From: a virus
DNA length: 42,218 nt
Reading direction: 5' to 3' (one strand)
IMG/VR virus record: IMGVR_UViG_3300009537_000049
Coordinates: 1-42,218 of that record
In this document: positions 14,994 through 22,897 of the stretch, one piece after another
How the letters are laid out: each line of letters opens with the position of its first letter
How positions within the stretch are numbered: position 1 is the stretch's first letter
The notes under the pieces: generated by a model
What the model was told of the DNA's origin: nothing
Database searches by the model: none
What the model saw: only the letters and a program-made list of their open reading frames with translations
Position numbers and translations under genes: made by a program

Positions 14994-15225
14994 GTTTGTC
15001 CCTCCTGTCTGGTCTTCTGAAGTAATCTTGAGCTATGTCTTTCCAAATTATAATAAACTGTCCGATAAAAAACACCACAAGCTCTTTATATTCAGGCCAA
15101 GCCAGATCTATAATTTTAACAGCGATCGTGCATCCGGTCAGCGTAATCACAAGCGCCATCAAGAATCTCGCGCTTGTGACCTTTTCAACCGCGCGATGAG
15201 CAAGCCCAACCCAAAAATCTGTCAT
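14980..15225 (-). CDS. two-TM membrane protein, holin candidate (81 aa)
   Basis: Hydrophobic spans FLMALVITLTGCTIAVKII and LVVFFIGQFIIIW, with a charged C-terminus RRPDRRDKH. Confidence 0.5.
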   Translation of the reverse strand: MTDFWVGLAHRAVEKVTSARFLMALVITLTGCTIAVKIIDLAWPEYKELVVFFIGQFIIIWKDIAQDYFRRPDRRDKHGTL

Positions 15226-15467
15226 CAGAATTCCGGGACTATCCCTTTCTCGAGCTCCGCTTCTTCTTCGTCCGTGAGCGGCCTCGCGTGGAGTTCTTCA
15301 CTGCCCGGGACCCAATTCGAGATTTTGGGCAGGACGTACTTGCGATATAAGTCAATAGCCGCCTCTTCGTCCGGTGCGATAAAAGAAGTGTTCTCCCGTA
15401 CATCAGAAACGATCTCTCCTTGTGGATTTTTAATGGTCATCTTGCATTGAACGATGTATCTTTTCAC
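15225..15467 (-). CDS. hypothetical protein (80 aa)
   Basis: ORF track. It tiles with its neighbours. Confidence 0.5.
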   Translation of the reverse strand: MKRYIVQCKMTIKNPQGEIVSDVRENTSFIAPDEEAAIDLYRKYVLPKISNWVPGSEELHARPLTDEEEAELEKGIVPEF

Positions 15468-15476
15468 GGCAACCCC

Positions 15477-15755
15477 CTACTTTTTAACTTCTTCAATGAG
15501 CATCTTATAAAACTCGTCCCGCTTCTGTTCCCGCTGTTCTATAAACTCAAATTCCTTTTCGTGAATCATAATCTTCTTGTCGTGGTCTGTCACCATCTCC
15601 TGCTGTGCCGTCACAATATTGGTCAGTTGTACAGAAGCAGACTCCAAATCCTCCACCTTTTCCGGAGCAGATAAGACACGAGCCACATTTGGGACAACGA
15701 TGGCCGACAACAAAACCGTCGTTCCGATACCAAGAAGCCATTTGTTCATAGACAC
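15477..15755 (-). CDS. N-terminally anchored coiled-coil membrane protein (92 aa, i-spanin-like topology)
   Basis: TM span LLGIGTTVLLSAIVV followed by a helical Glu/Lys-rich region. It shares the motif HDKKIMIHE with the 95-aa neighbour (HTKKIMEHE). The start is GTG 15755 or ATG 15749. Confidence 0.6.
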   Translation of the reverse strand: MSMNKWLLGIGTTVLLSAIVVPNVARVLSAPEKVEDLESASVQLTNIVTAQQEMVTDHDKKIMIHEKEFEFIEQREQKRDEFYKMLIEEVKK

Positions 15756-15818
15756 CCTCGCATCATCACCAAGAGAGTCACCAAAGCAAGTATGCCCGCC
15801 AAAAAAAGAAGCGCCACG

Positions 15819-16106
15819 TTACTTCCCACTTCTAATGAATACTTCGTGTTCCATAATTTTTTTCGTATGCTCATCTATTCTTACCCAAATAGCTTTGTGT
15901 TCTCGGTCGGCATCTGCTCGGTTCATAACGCTGTTATTGTAGTAGCCAATAGTATTAGTCAGCTTTTCGATTTCCTTCTGCATGAAGCCGATAGTTGTAT
16001 TGACCTTCGACATCCACCAGATACTTAGCCCCGCATGGGACACGATAAAAAGAATTATCGTGACCATAGCGCTTATCCATACGGCACTCGGCGGGGTTTG
16101 GATCAC
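15819..16106 (-). CDS. N-terminally anchored coiled-coil membrane protein (95 aa), paralogue of 15477-15755
   Basis: TM span VWISAMVTIILFIVSHAGLSIWW followed by a helical region. It is coupled to the upstream gene by ATGA. Confidence 0.6.
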   Translation of the reverse strand: MIQTPPSAVWISAMVTIILFIVSHAGLSIWWMSKVNTTIGFMQKEIEKLTNTIGYYNNSVMNRADADREHKAIWVRIDEHTKKIMEHEVFIRSGK

Positions 16107-16435
16107 CGCATTCCTTCCATTTCCACACGCTTGGCATCACGAGCCGATTTCGCCGCGTTGTCCTCGGCGTAGTTGGACCCGTAGGCATAGGAGAGCTTCA
16201 CAAGAAACGCTTTATAAAACTCCTCCTTCGTCTGCGGGTTTGGAATCTGTGACTCCTCGCCCGTTTCCTCATCCACGACAGTCAGAGTCGCTTGATATCC
16301 CTCGCGATAGGCCACGGCATCGATGACGGGTTGCTTCATGTCATCGGACATCGTGAGCTTCACGTCCCACGCGTGGGCGACGGCGCAAAAGAGAAGCGCT
16401 ATCAGGGTGAACCAGTAAACGTACAGCTTCTTCAT
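16103..16435 (-). CDS. secreted small protein (110 aa)
   Basis: The signal peptide is MKKLYVYWFTLIALLFCAVAHA, with a predicted AHA cleavage site. Confidence 0.6.
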   Translation of the reverse strand: MKKLYVYWFTLIALLFCAVAHAWDVKLTMSDDMKQPVIDAVAYREGYQATLTVVDEETGEESQIPNPQTKEEFYKAFLVKLSYAYGSNYAEDNAAKSARDAKRVEMEGMR

Positions 16436-16445
16436 GGTGCGCTCC

Positions 16446-17705
16446 TTATATTAACGTGATGATGCGTTTAAGCGGTGACGCTTGCTGTTTCGACATGGCG
16501 ATGTAGATGATTTGACGGCTCGTGCCATCCACCTTCTCGTTGTCTATTGAAAATTGGTCGACCCCTAAAGATACCATGTCCGCTTCCGTGTCTGTGTTTT
16601 GGTCTATTGAAATAGTGCGGAAAATTTCATCGTTGTTAATCCATCCTTCTGCATCAGTCCCCGGAGAAATCCCGTCTTGGTCGCCATTGACGATGGTGGC
16701 TCTCTCTGTGGACGAGACCCCCGCACCAAAGCTGATGGTCGCGTTGTTTTGAATGGAAGCTGATGCCGCAAAGCCATAGGTTGCAAAAATAACGGCTTCG
16801 GGGTCAAAGCCAACGCTTGAGATTGTCTGCGTTCCTGTTGATGTAGACTGGTTAAACGTCCCCACAACTGCGTCTGTCATTTTCATAGCGATAAAAAATA
16901 CCGTGACTCCCGTTGCCGGTGCTGTCGTGATATTGATATCGAATCCATCCGAATCCGTTGCGTCAAGGTCTGCGGCGAATTGAACAGCAGGAGAACTACC
17001 CGGAGTCAGCCCAAGAATACAGGCGGTCGTGAGCTGTGTCGAATTGGCCTCCACTGGGTCAGTTCCATTTGTATCGGCGTTGGCGAGGGCCGCAAAGTTC
17101 GAGGTTCCAGAAGCCGCACCGAATGACATCTGAAGGTCTGCTGTGATGGAATCTTCAACCGAGTCTCTTGCGGCGTTGAAGAATAGAATAAGATTTGGCT
17201 CGAAACCGACCCCGCTTATGGCTTGAACACCCGTAGAAGTATTGAGGTCAAAAGAGCCGATATAGTGGCCTTCGAGGTTCCCAAGTGCTATATACCCAAT
17301 AAGATTTGCGTCACCATCTGCTGTGCTAATGTTGAACGTAAATCCATCAGAATCCATAGAGGTAAAGTCTGAAATAAAATTACTCGCTTCTGTTCGTATG
17401 GACTGAACAGACGTTTGGAAATGGTCTCTTTGGTCAGAGTTATCCGAAGCAAATGCTGATAGAGCAAATTCTGCGGTTGAGTCGGTTGCGGCTCCTACAT
17501 TATGCCTGTAACTTCTGCGACGAGTTTCATCTGTCCTATTATTATTGAAGAAAATAACAACCTGCGGTTCAAAGCCAATGCCTGTTACCGCCTGCGACCC
17601 AGTGCCAGTGCTAGTCGCAAAGGTTCCCACACTCACATTTAACGAAGCCCAAGCTGTCGAGGTGAGGAATGAGAAAATCGTTATGAGAGCGAGAATCCGC
17701 TTCAC
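16446..17705 (-). CDS. secreted protein with three tandem ~125-aa beta-rich domains (419 aa)
   Basis: The signal peptide is MKRILALITIFSFLTSTAWA. The unit VGTF..STSTG.Q.I.GVGFEP..+IFF...SFGAA...D.DGF...YIA is repeated three times. Confidence 0.7.
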   Translation of the reverse strand: MKRILALITIFSFLTSTAWASLNVSVGTFATSTGTGSQAVTGIGFEPQVVIFFNNNRTDETRRRSYRHNVGAATDSTAEFALSAFASDNSDQRDHFQTSVQSIRTEASNFISDFTSMDSDGFTFNISTADGDANLIGYIALGNLEGHYIGSFDLNTSTGVQAISGVGFEPNLILFFNAARDSVEDSITADLQMSFGAASGTSNFAALANADTNGTDPVEANSTQLTTACILGLTPGSSPAVQFAADLDATDSDGFDINITTAPATGVTVFFIAMKMTDAVVGTFNQSTSTGTQTISSVGFDPEAVIFATYGFAASASIQNNATISFGAGVSSTERATIVNGDQDGISPGTDAEGWINNDEIFRTISIDQNTDTEADMVSLGVDQFSIDNEKVDGTSRQIIYIAMSKQQASPLKRIITLI

Positions 17706-18082
17706 TCGTAAATCCCCTTTAGTTTCGTAGCAAGATCACGGACTTTCTGGTCAAGCGTCCCGTCCGCTTCCATGTCGGTCAAGTGAGCCACAAGTTCACG
17801 GCGTTTCTTGATAGCCGGAAACCTGTTTTCCTCTGCGTCCGTGATGTCTCTAGCGGTCGGGCGAATCATCGTGGTGTTATCAACATCGAGCTTCCACGGC
17901 CCGCCCGCTAAGTCGATCTTTCGAGCCATAGTGACTACACTCTCTGAAGGACGAACATCAGGCGAAGGGTTTGTCGTGACTCCACGCACCACTCTTGTCT
18001 GCGTGTCGATGATAAGATGGTCTTGGGCGAAAGCCGAGGCCGTCAGCATAATCCCCACAATCGTTAAAGCAATCGTTCTCAT
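17702..18082 (-). CDS. secreted small protein (126 aa)
   Basis: The signal peptide is MRTIALTIVGIMLTASAFA. Confidence 0.6.
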   Translation of the reverse strand: MRTIALTIVGIMLTASAFAQDHLIIDTQTRVVRGVTTNPSPDVRPSESVVTMARKIDLAGGPWKLDVDNTTMIRPTARDITDAEENRFPAIKKRRELVAHLTDMEADGTLDQKVRDLATKLKGIYE

Positions 18083-18092
18083 TCAATCCTCC

Positions 18093-21000
18093 TTAGGGCA
18101 GTTGGAAAGTAAGTTCAACAAGCAAGCCCTTCGCGGGCGTTGTATGAACTGCGTCCACATCCACTCGAATCGAGTCTGCTGTCGCCACGTCATCCGTTGC
18201 GCCGTTAATAACGGCAGGCGTAGCCGCTGTTGAAGAATCGACTTCGGCAGAGTCAATGGTGATAACCGTCGAGAGCATGTCAGCGGTGTCCGTGACATTG
18301 TGAACCTGAATATCTACCGTTCCTGTCGTGCCTGCCGTCTGGACTTGTGCGGCGACAGCGACAAGGTTGTAGCCATTGAGGACGGCCGGGACTCTCCAGA
18401 AGATACTACCCGCTCCATCACCCGTTGCGTTGTCCTCCGAGTCATCAAAGACGAGAAGCGATACAACACGCTTGCCATAGTCCGACCCCGCTAGGGCGTC
18501 GGGGGTGACGATTCTTGCGGTATCGGTTCCCGTTGTGACTTCGGAAGCAATGGCGGCTTCTGCGCACCCTTGCGTCGTCGTGGTGGCTGTGGCGCATGAG
18601 AGGGTATCATCCGTTAAGACGATAGGAGCTGTGACCGCAAGGTTTGTATCGGCTGAAATATCAATGCTTGAAAGAGTTGTAGTGGTATGAGAATGAGAGT
18701 CGTCACCAACCGTCGTTGCGCCAGTATTATCGACCGTGACATCACCCGACATCGCCACAGGATTAAAGTTCGTCCCATCCGCAACGAGGATGAAAGCATC
18801 CGTGTTCGTTCCCATAAAGAGGTCGTCCCCGGAGATGGTCATGTCGCCGTCAATCTGCATGTCCCCGTCTATCTCAAATCGCCCAAGCTGTGTGCTTGCC
18901 GAGTCACGCCATTCTTGGAGATTCGCGGATTGAGAGGTTGCGCCCTCTACAATGAACTGCACATCCGTCGCTGTGTGACCGTCTATGGTGACGAAGGAGT
19001 TGGCAGGGACTGTGGTGGAGCCAAGCACCAAAGCATCTTCTCCCGCATCAACAAAAAACAAATCATTAATAGTATCCCCATTTACTGTAAAGTTTTTGTC
19101 CAATCTGTCCGGATTAAATTCAAATAAAGAGCTATCAAAATACAGGCTTGTTTGGGCGTTACTCGTTCTAAACTTTACACCGGAAGTCTCAAATTGGAAT
19201 TGAGCTTGCGGGCCACCTCCATCCCAAAGAAGCAAAAAGTCATTTCCACCATGACTAAAAATTAGATTAGTTCCATCTGTATACATACCTGTATCTGGAT
19301 TGCTCAAAAAACTATGAGATGGTAAGGCCTCTGTCCCATCCGCCGCTAGAATCTGTGTGAGTGTTATCTGATGAGCATCAGTCCCTGCGGAGTCTTCGAC
19401 TGTGAGCATGGGTGCAGACTGTGCCGCTGCACCTTGTAGAATAAGAGCGGTATCTGTGGCGGTGTGGTTGTCTATGGTGACAAAAGAGTTGGCGGGGACA
19501 GTGGAGGAGCCAAAAACTATTGCTTCTTCAGAAGAATCTGAAAAAAAGAGGGTCTCAACATCACCAAAGATTGTAAAATCAACACCTGGGTTTTTGTCAG
19601 AATTTATCTCATGATCTAAACCGCTTGTAATTCTACTGACAACACTCCCATTGTGAGAGAATTTAACATCAGACCCACCCCAATATCTAACAGCCGTAGT
19701 GCCCCCCGAATTTGTTAACTCAAATCTTCTAATGCCCATTGTCGCAAATGATAACGAATCATTACTACCGGGGATAGCATATATACCTGCGTCAGACATA
19801 TTTAGAAAAGAATATGACGGAGTTCCAACCGCCCCATCCGGAGCCAAAAACTGCGTAGGCGTGAGTTGCCAGAGGTCAGTGGCGGAGGAGTTCTCACCCG
19901 TGATGAGTGGAGAGGTCTGTGTTGAGTGGGCTTGAATGACAACCTGCTCAACATCCGCATGACCGTCTACGTTAAGAAGACCGCCGAGGTCGGTGGAGGA
20001 GCCGATGACAACTTCGTCACCGGTGGTCGTAAGGTGGGCATACGTTCCCGCGTCCGTCCAAATACTCCCCCCGTTGGCGGCGGGAAGCACACCCGTGACG
20101 TCCCCAGTGGCAAGGTCAACGGGATCTTCGGAGTAGTCGAGGAGGACATTCACTTCACCTGCGGGAGAGGAAGTGAGGTCGAATCCCGCGCCGAAGTCGA
20201 GGTTGGCCGTTGCGGCGTCAACGGTAGAGTCGGCTTCTTCAAGCGTTAAAGCGCCGACACCGCCACCCTGCGCGGCAAATTCAGAAATACGCCATCTGGA
20301 AGAAGTGCCATCATACCAAAGGCCGACAGTCTGATCGGGGGCGATTGTAATGTCCGCATTGAGAGCAAAGCGGTTAGCGGCAGTTGAAGAAGCACTCTCG
20401 TCTTTAAGAACAATGTCATTCGCCCCGACGTTCATTATGAGAACAGGCCTTCCGTTTGCTCCACCGGCAAGACCTGTGATGTCCCTCGAAGCGTCCGTGT
20501 CAAGACGAAGAACAGATGCAGTAGAAAGTCCTGTAGGATTGTAGTCGTCTGCCTGTGCGGTGATCTGTGCAGGGCTGATATCCCCGGATAAGAGCCACGA
20601 CTCCTGAATGTCCGTAACCCCTGAAAGGTCAGCGTCACTTATGGCAGGAGCTGCATTAAATACCCACAGTCCGGTGCCTGTTTCGTCCGTTACCTTGCCT
20701 GCCCAAAAAGCGGAATTTTGAGCGGTGATGGTCGCTGCGACCGAACCGGGACCCGTGGCTGTCACTTCACCGGTGAGATCGGTTATATAATTCCCGGCGG
20801 CTTGATAATCCGTTCCGGCAACTGCGATTGAAAGAACGCCCGTTCCGGTTGTGTTTTTGACTAAGCCGGTTCCAAGAAGCGAGAGAGCCTGTTCACCGGT
20901 CAACGTACCATTAGAGGTCTGTGTTATATAGGTAGCGTCAACAGGTGCCCCGGCACTTCCCGGACCGATCAGAACGGCTGTGCTGCCATCACCGCTATAT

Positions 21001-21188
21001 AAAAGGTCGTCATCAACGTCCCAACACAACTCGCCATCTTTGATGTGATTGGTACAAGACAAAGCAAGCGCGGGTGGGAATTTGGTACGATAGCCGGAAT
21101 TGAAGGCGGGATCGGCCTGTGCACGCGAGGACACAAAAATAGCGGACGCCAAAATCAGAGAAGCGAAAAGAACTCTCGAAGTCCGCAT
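18093..21188 (-). CDS. tail-fibre/receptor-binding-like repeat protein with an N-terminal Sec signal peptide (1031 aa)
   Basis: ATG 21188 follows AAAGGGGGGTG and gives MRTSRVLFASLILASAIFVSSRAQA. There are about 2.5 tandem ~160-aa repeats containing the fibre motif PS.SF...D.G.Y and ..SFVTID.HTATD. The ORF-track start at 21236 would overlap the upstream gene. Confidence 0.7.
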   Translation of the reverse strand: MRTSRVLFASLILASAIFVSSRAQADPAFNSGYRTKFPPALALSCTNHIKDGELCWDVDDDLLYSGDGSTAVLIGPGSAGAPVDATYITQTSNGTLTGEQALSLLGTGLVKNTTGTGVLSIAVAGTDYQAAGNYITDLTGEVTATGPGSVAATITAQNSAFWAGKVTDETGTGLWVFNAAPAISDADLSGVTDIQESWLLSGDISPAQITAQADDYNPTGLSTASVLRLDTDASRDITGLAGGANGRPVLIMNVGANDIVLKDESASSTAANRFALNADITIAPDQTVGLWYDGTSSRWRISEFAAQGGGVGALTLEEADSTVDAATANLDFGAGFDLTSSPAGEVNVLLDYSEDPVDLATGDVTGVLPAANGGSIWTDAGTYAHLTTTGDEVVIGSSTDLGGLLNVDGHADVEQVVIQAHSTQTSPLITGENSSATDLWQLTPTQFLAPDGAVGTPSYSFLNMSDAGIYAIPGSNDSLSFATMGIRRFELTNSGGTTAVRYWGGSDVKFSHNGSVVSRITSGLDHEINSDKNPGVDFTIFGDVETLFFSDSSEEAIVFGSSTVPANSFVTIDNHTATDTALILQGAAAQSAPMLTVEDSAGTDAHQITLTQILAADGTEALPSHSFLSNPDTGMYTDGTNLIFSHGGNDFLLLWDGGGPQAQFQFETSGVKFRTSNAQTSLYFDSSLFEFNPDRLDKNFTVNGDTINDLFFVDAGEDALVLGSTTVPANSFVTIDGHTATDVQFIVEGATSQSANLQEWRDSASTQLGRFEIDGDMQIDGDMTISGDDLFMGTNTDAFILVADGTNFNPVAMSGDVTVDNTGATTVGDDSHSHTTTTLSSIDISADTNLAVTAPIVLTDDTLSCATATTTTQGCAEAAIASEVTTGTDTARIVTPDALAGSDYGKRVVSLLVFDDSEDNATGDGAGSIFWRVPAVLNGYNLVAVAAQVQTAGTTGTVDIQVHNVTDTADMLSTVITIDSAEVDSSTAATPAVINGATDDVATADSIRVDVDAVHTTPAKGLLVELTFQLP

Positions 21189-21211
21189 AGATTTACACCC
21201 CCCTTTGTGGG

Positions 21212-21619
21212 TTACGATGATTTTGTCTCGTTCCATTCAAGAACAGAAACCGTCGTCCCTGCGTCATTGCCTGCCAGACCCACGAATTTAATGCGGGCAA
21301 ACTTTCCGACAATAGGGGACACAACGATGTGATGCGGAAGCTCGTCTGTAATTCCGGCATGGAGAATATCTGTAGAGTCCCATGCCGTGTCCACCGCGCC
21401 TTCGCTAGTCGGCCGAGCGCTTCCCTGTTCGAGTTCCACACGGACATTCACAGTACCCGGCGAATCGAACTGAACGCGCAGACCAAAATTGCGGTTGCGC
21501 TTGAGCATAATCGAAGCGGAATAGTCCGTCCCGGTAGTGGGAACAGCAACCGCCACTCCCCCCTGCTGCGTAAGCAGATTTACTGCGTTGTTATCAATAG
21601 ATTCACCCATAGCTTTCAC
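21212..21619 (-). CDS. hypothetical protein (135 aa), probably beta-sandwich
   Basis: ORF track. No family recognised. Confidence 0.6.
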   Translation of the reverse strand: MKAMGESIDNNAVNLLTQQGGVAVAVPTTGTDYSASIMLKRNRNFGLRVQFDSPGTVNVRVELEQGSARPTSEGAVDTAWDSTDILHAGITDELPHHIVVSPIVGKFARIKFVGLAGNDAGTTVSVLEWNETKSS

Positions 21620-21635
21620 TCCCTCCTGTTCGGTT

Positions 21636-22520
21636 TTATTCTGTTAAACCTTCTTCCGCAACCTTGACTGTTTTCTCGCGTTCGGTTACTTGCGCTTCGC
21701 GGGTTGTAACAGCCAATTCACGGACTTTTAATTTACGTTCGTCGTTCTTAAGTCTCTCGTCAAATATTTTTTGCGCGGCCGCTCGCGCCTCATTCTCTTT
21801 AATGAGAGATTCGAGTTTATCCTTGTCGGCCTGCGCAATTTTCGCGGCCTCGATACGCTCATCCGCGACTTTAATGCGGTCGTTGGCCTGCTGTTCGCGG
21901 GCGGCGATCTCCTGAATCGAAGACTCTTTCCTAGAAAGAAGTTCGTTGATCTCCCGACGCTGCCCCTCGAGTTTATCAAGTGTGGCTTCCATCGTCTTCA
22001 TAGTATCTTTAAGACGATTGTTTTCCGCGATATACTCATCACGAGAACGCCCGAGTGTAATCTTCTGCGCTGCCATTTCTTCGCGTAGATTTTCAATCCG
22101 GTTGCCCTCATCAACCAGAGTCTTCAGCTTGTCTTTATGCGCGTGAATCTCGGTCAGGATCTCCTCGTTCTGTTTGTCCAGAGATTTCTTCCGGGAATCC
22201 ATCGTTTTCTTGGACGCTTCCTCATCCGTGCGCAGACGATCCCGAGCGGCCGTCAAGGACTTCCAACCGTCATTAACTTCTTTGCGTTGCTGCGCGAGTT
22301 TCTGCTCTCCTTCTTTCAACTTCGCTTCGAGACTCGCTGTTTTCTCTGTGATCTCTTTCAGAAGAGCGTCTCGCCGCTCGGTGAGATCAGTAAGCTCCTT
22401 CTTAATCTCGACGACGTGTTCCTGATAGGATTCCAGATTCTCGTCGAGCTTCTTCTTCACTTCCTCCGGAACCGGAGGTTGCGCAACGAGCTTGTCTTTT
22501 TTGTCGGTTTTATAGGTCAT
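21636..22520 (-). CDS. all-coiled-coil Lys/Glu-rich protein (294 aa)
   Basis: The sequence is charged and heptad-like throughout (EIKKELTDLTERRDALLKEITEKTASLEAKLKEGEQKL...). Confidence 0.65.
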   Translation of the reverse strand: MTYKTDKKDKLVAQPPVPEEVKKKLDENLESYQEHVVEIKKELTDLTERRDALLKEITEKTASLEAKLKEGEQKLAQQRKEVNDGWKSLTAARDRLRTDEEASKKTMDSRKKSLDKQNEEILTEIHAHKDKLKTLVDEGNRIENLREEMAAQKITLGRSRDEYIAENNRLKDTMKTMEATLDKLEGQRREINELLSRKESSIQEIAAREQQANDRIKVADERIEAAKIAQADKDKLESLIKENEARAAAQKIFDERLKNDERKLKVRELAVTTREAQVTEREKTVKVAEEGLTE

Positions 22521-22522
22521 GG

Positions 22523-22897
22523 CTACCCCCGTTTCGGAATCAAAAATTCCGCCTGCTCTTGTGTTAGAGGATTCCCGGCGACAAGATTTGCGCGCGCTTC
22601 GTCCGCCAAAATTCTCGAAGCTGATTCTCTTTGTGTGCGTTTGGTTGTCTCCTGTGTATCAGCCACCTGAATTTCTTCTCTTGTCATGTGAACAGCTCTG
22701 CCTTGAACGACCTTAAGATGTTTCGCGGGTAATTCGACGGGTTCATCTTGACTGATGAAAATTCGATTGGGCGCGTCGTCCTCCCAATCTTTCATGTGAT
22801 TATAGGTAGAGGACATATCCGCTCGGTCATCTGTACCTACAGCCCAACCAACAACTTTACCGTCTTCGACTTGAATAAAATACTTGAGATTTTCCAT
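22523..22897 (-). CDS. hypothetical protein (124 aa) downstream of the tail fibre gene
   Basis: ORF track. Its start overlaps the fibre gene stop. The position is compatible with a fibre chaperone, but there is no motif support. Confidence 0.55.
   Translation of the reverse strand: MENLKYFIQVEDGKVVGWAVGTDDRADMSSTYNHMKDWEDDAPNRIFISQDEPVELPAKHLKVVQGRAVHMTREEIQVADTQETTKRTQRESASRILADEARANLVAGNPLTQEQAEFLIPKRG

Noticed and set aside
14532-15450. Plus-strand ORFs of 162 and 184 aa opposite the small-gene cassette.
   Set aside because: The minus-strand ORFs tile end to end with overlapping start and stop codons and have sensible TM and charge patterns. The plus-strand ORFs overlap each other and have no RBS.
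15756-15817. A 23-codon GTG-initiated hydrophobic mini-ORF (VALLFLAGILALVTLLVMMRGCL) in the 63-nt gap between two membrane-protein genes.
   Set aside because: It is too short, has a non-ATG start and has no clear RBS. It cannot be distinguished from chance, though it is worth a look in ribosome profiling data.
18790-20020. Repeated ~490-bp segments in the fibre-like gene as a possible DGR template/variable repeat pair.
   Set aside because: Mismatches between the copies involve all four bases rather than adenine-specific changes. Both copies are in-frame parts of one gene, and no reverse transcriptase (YxDD) ORF exists anywhere in the genome.
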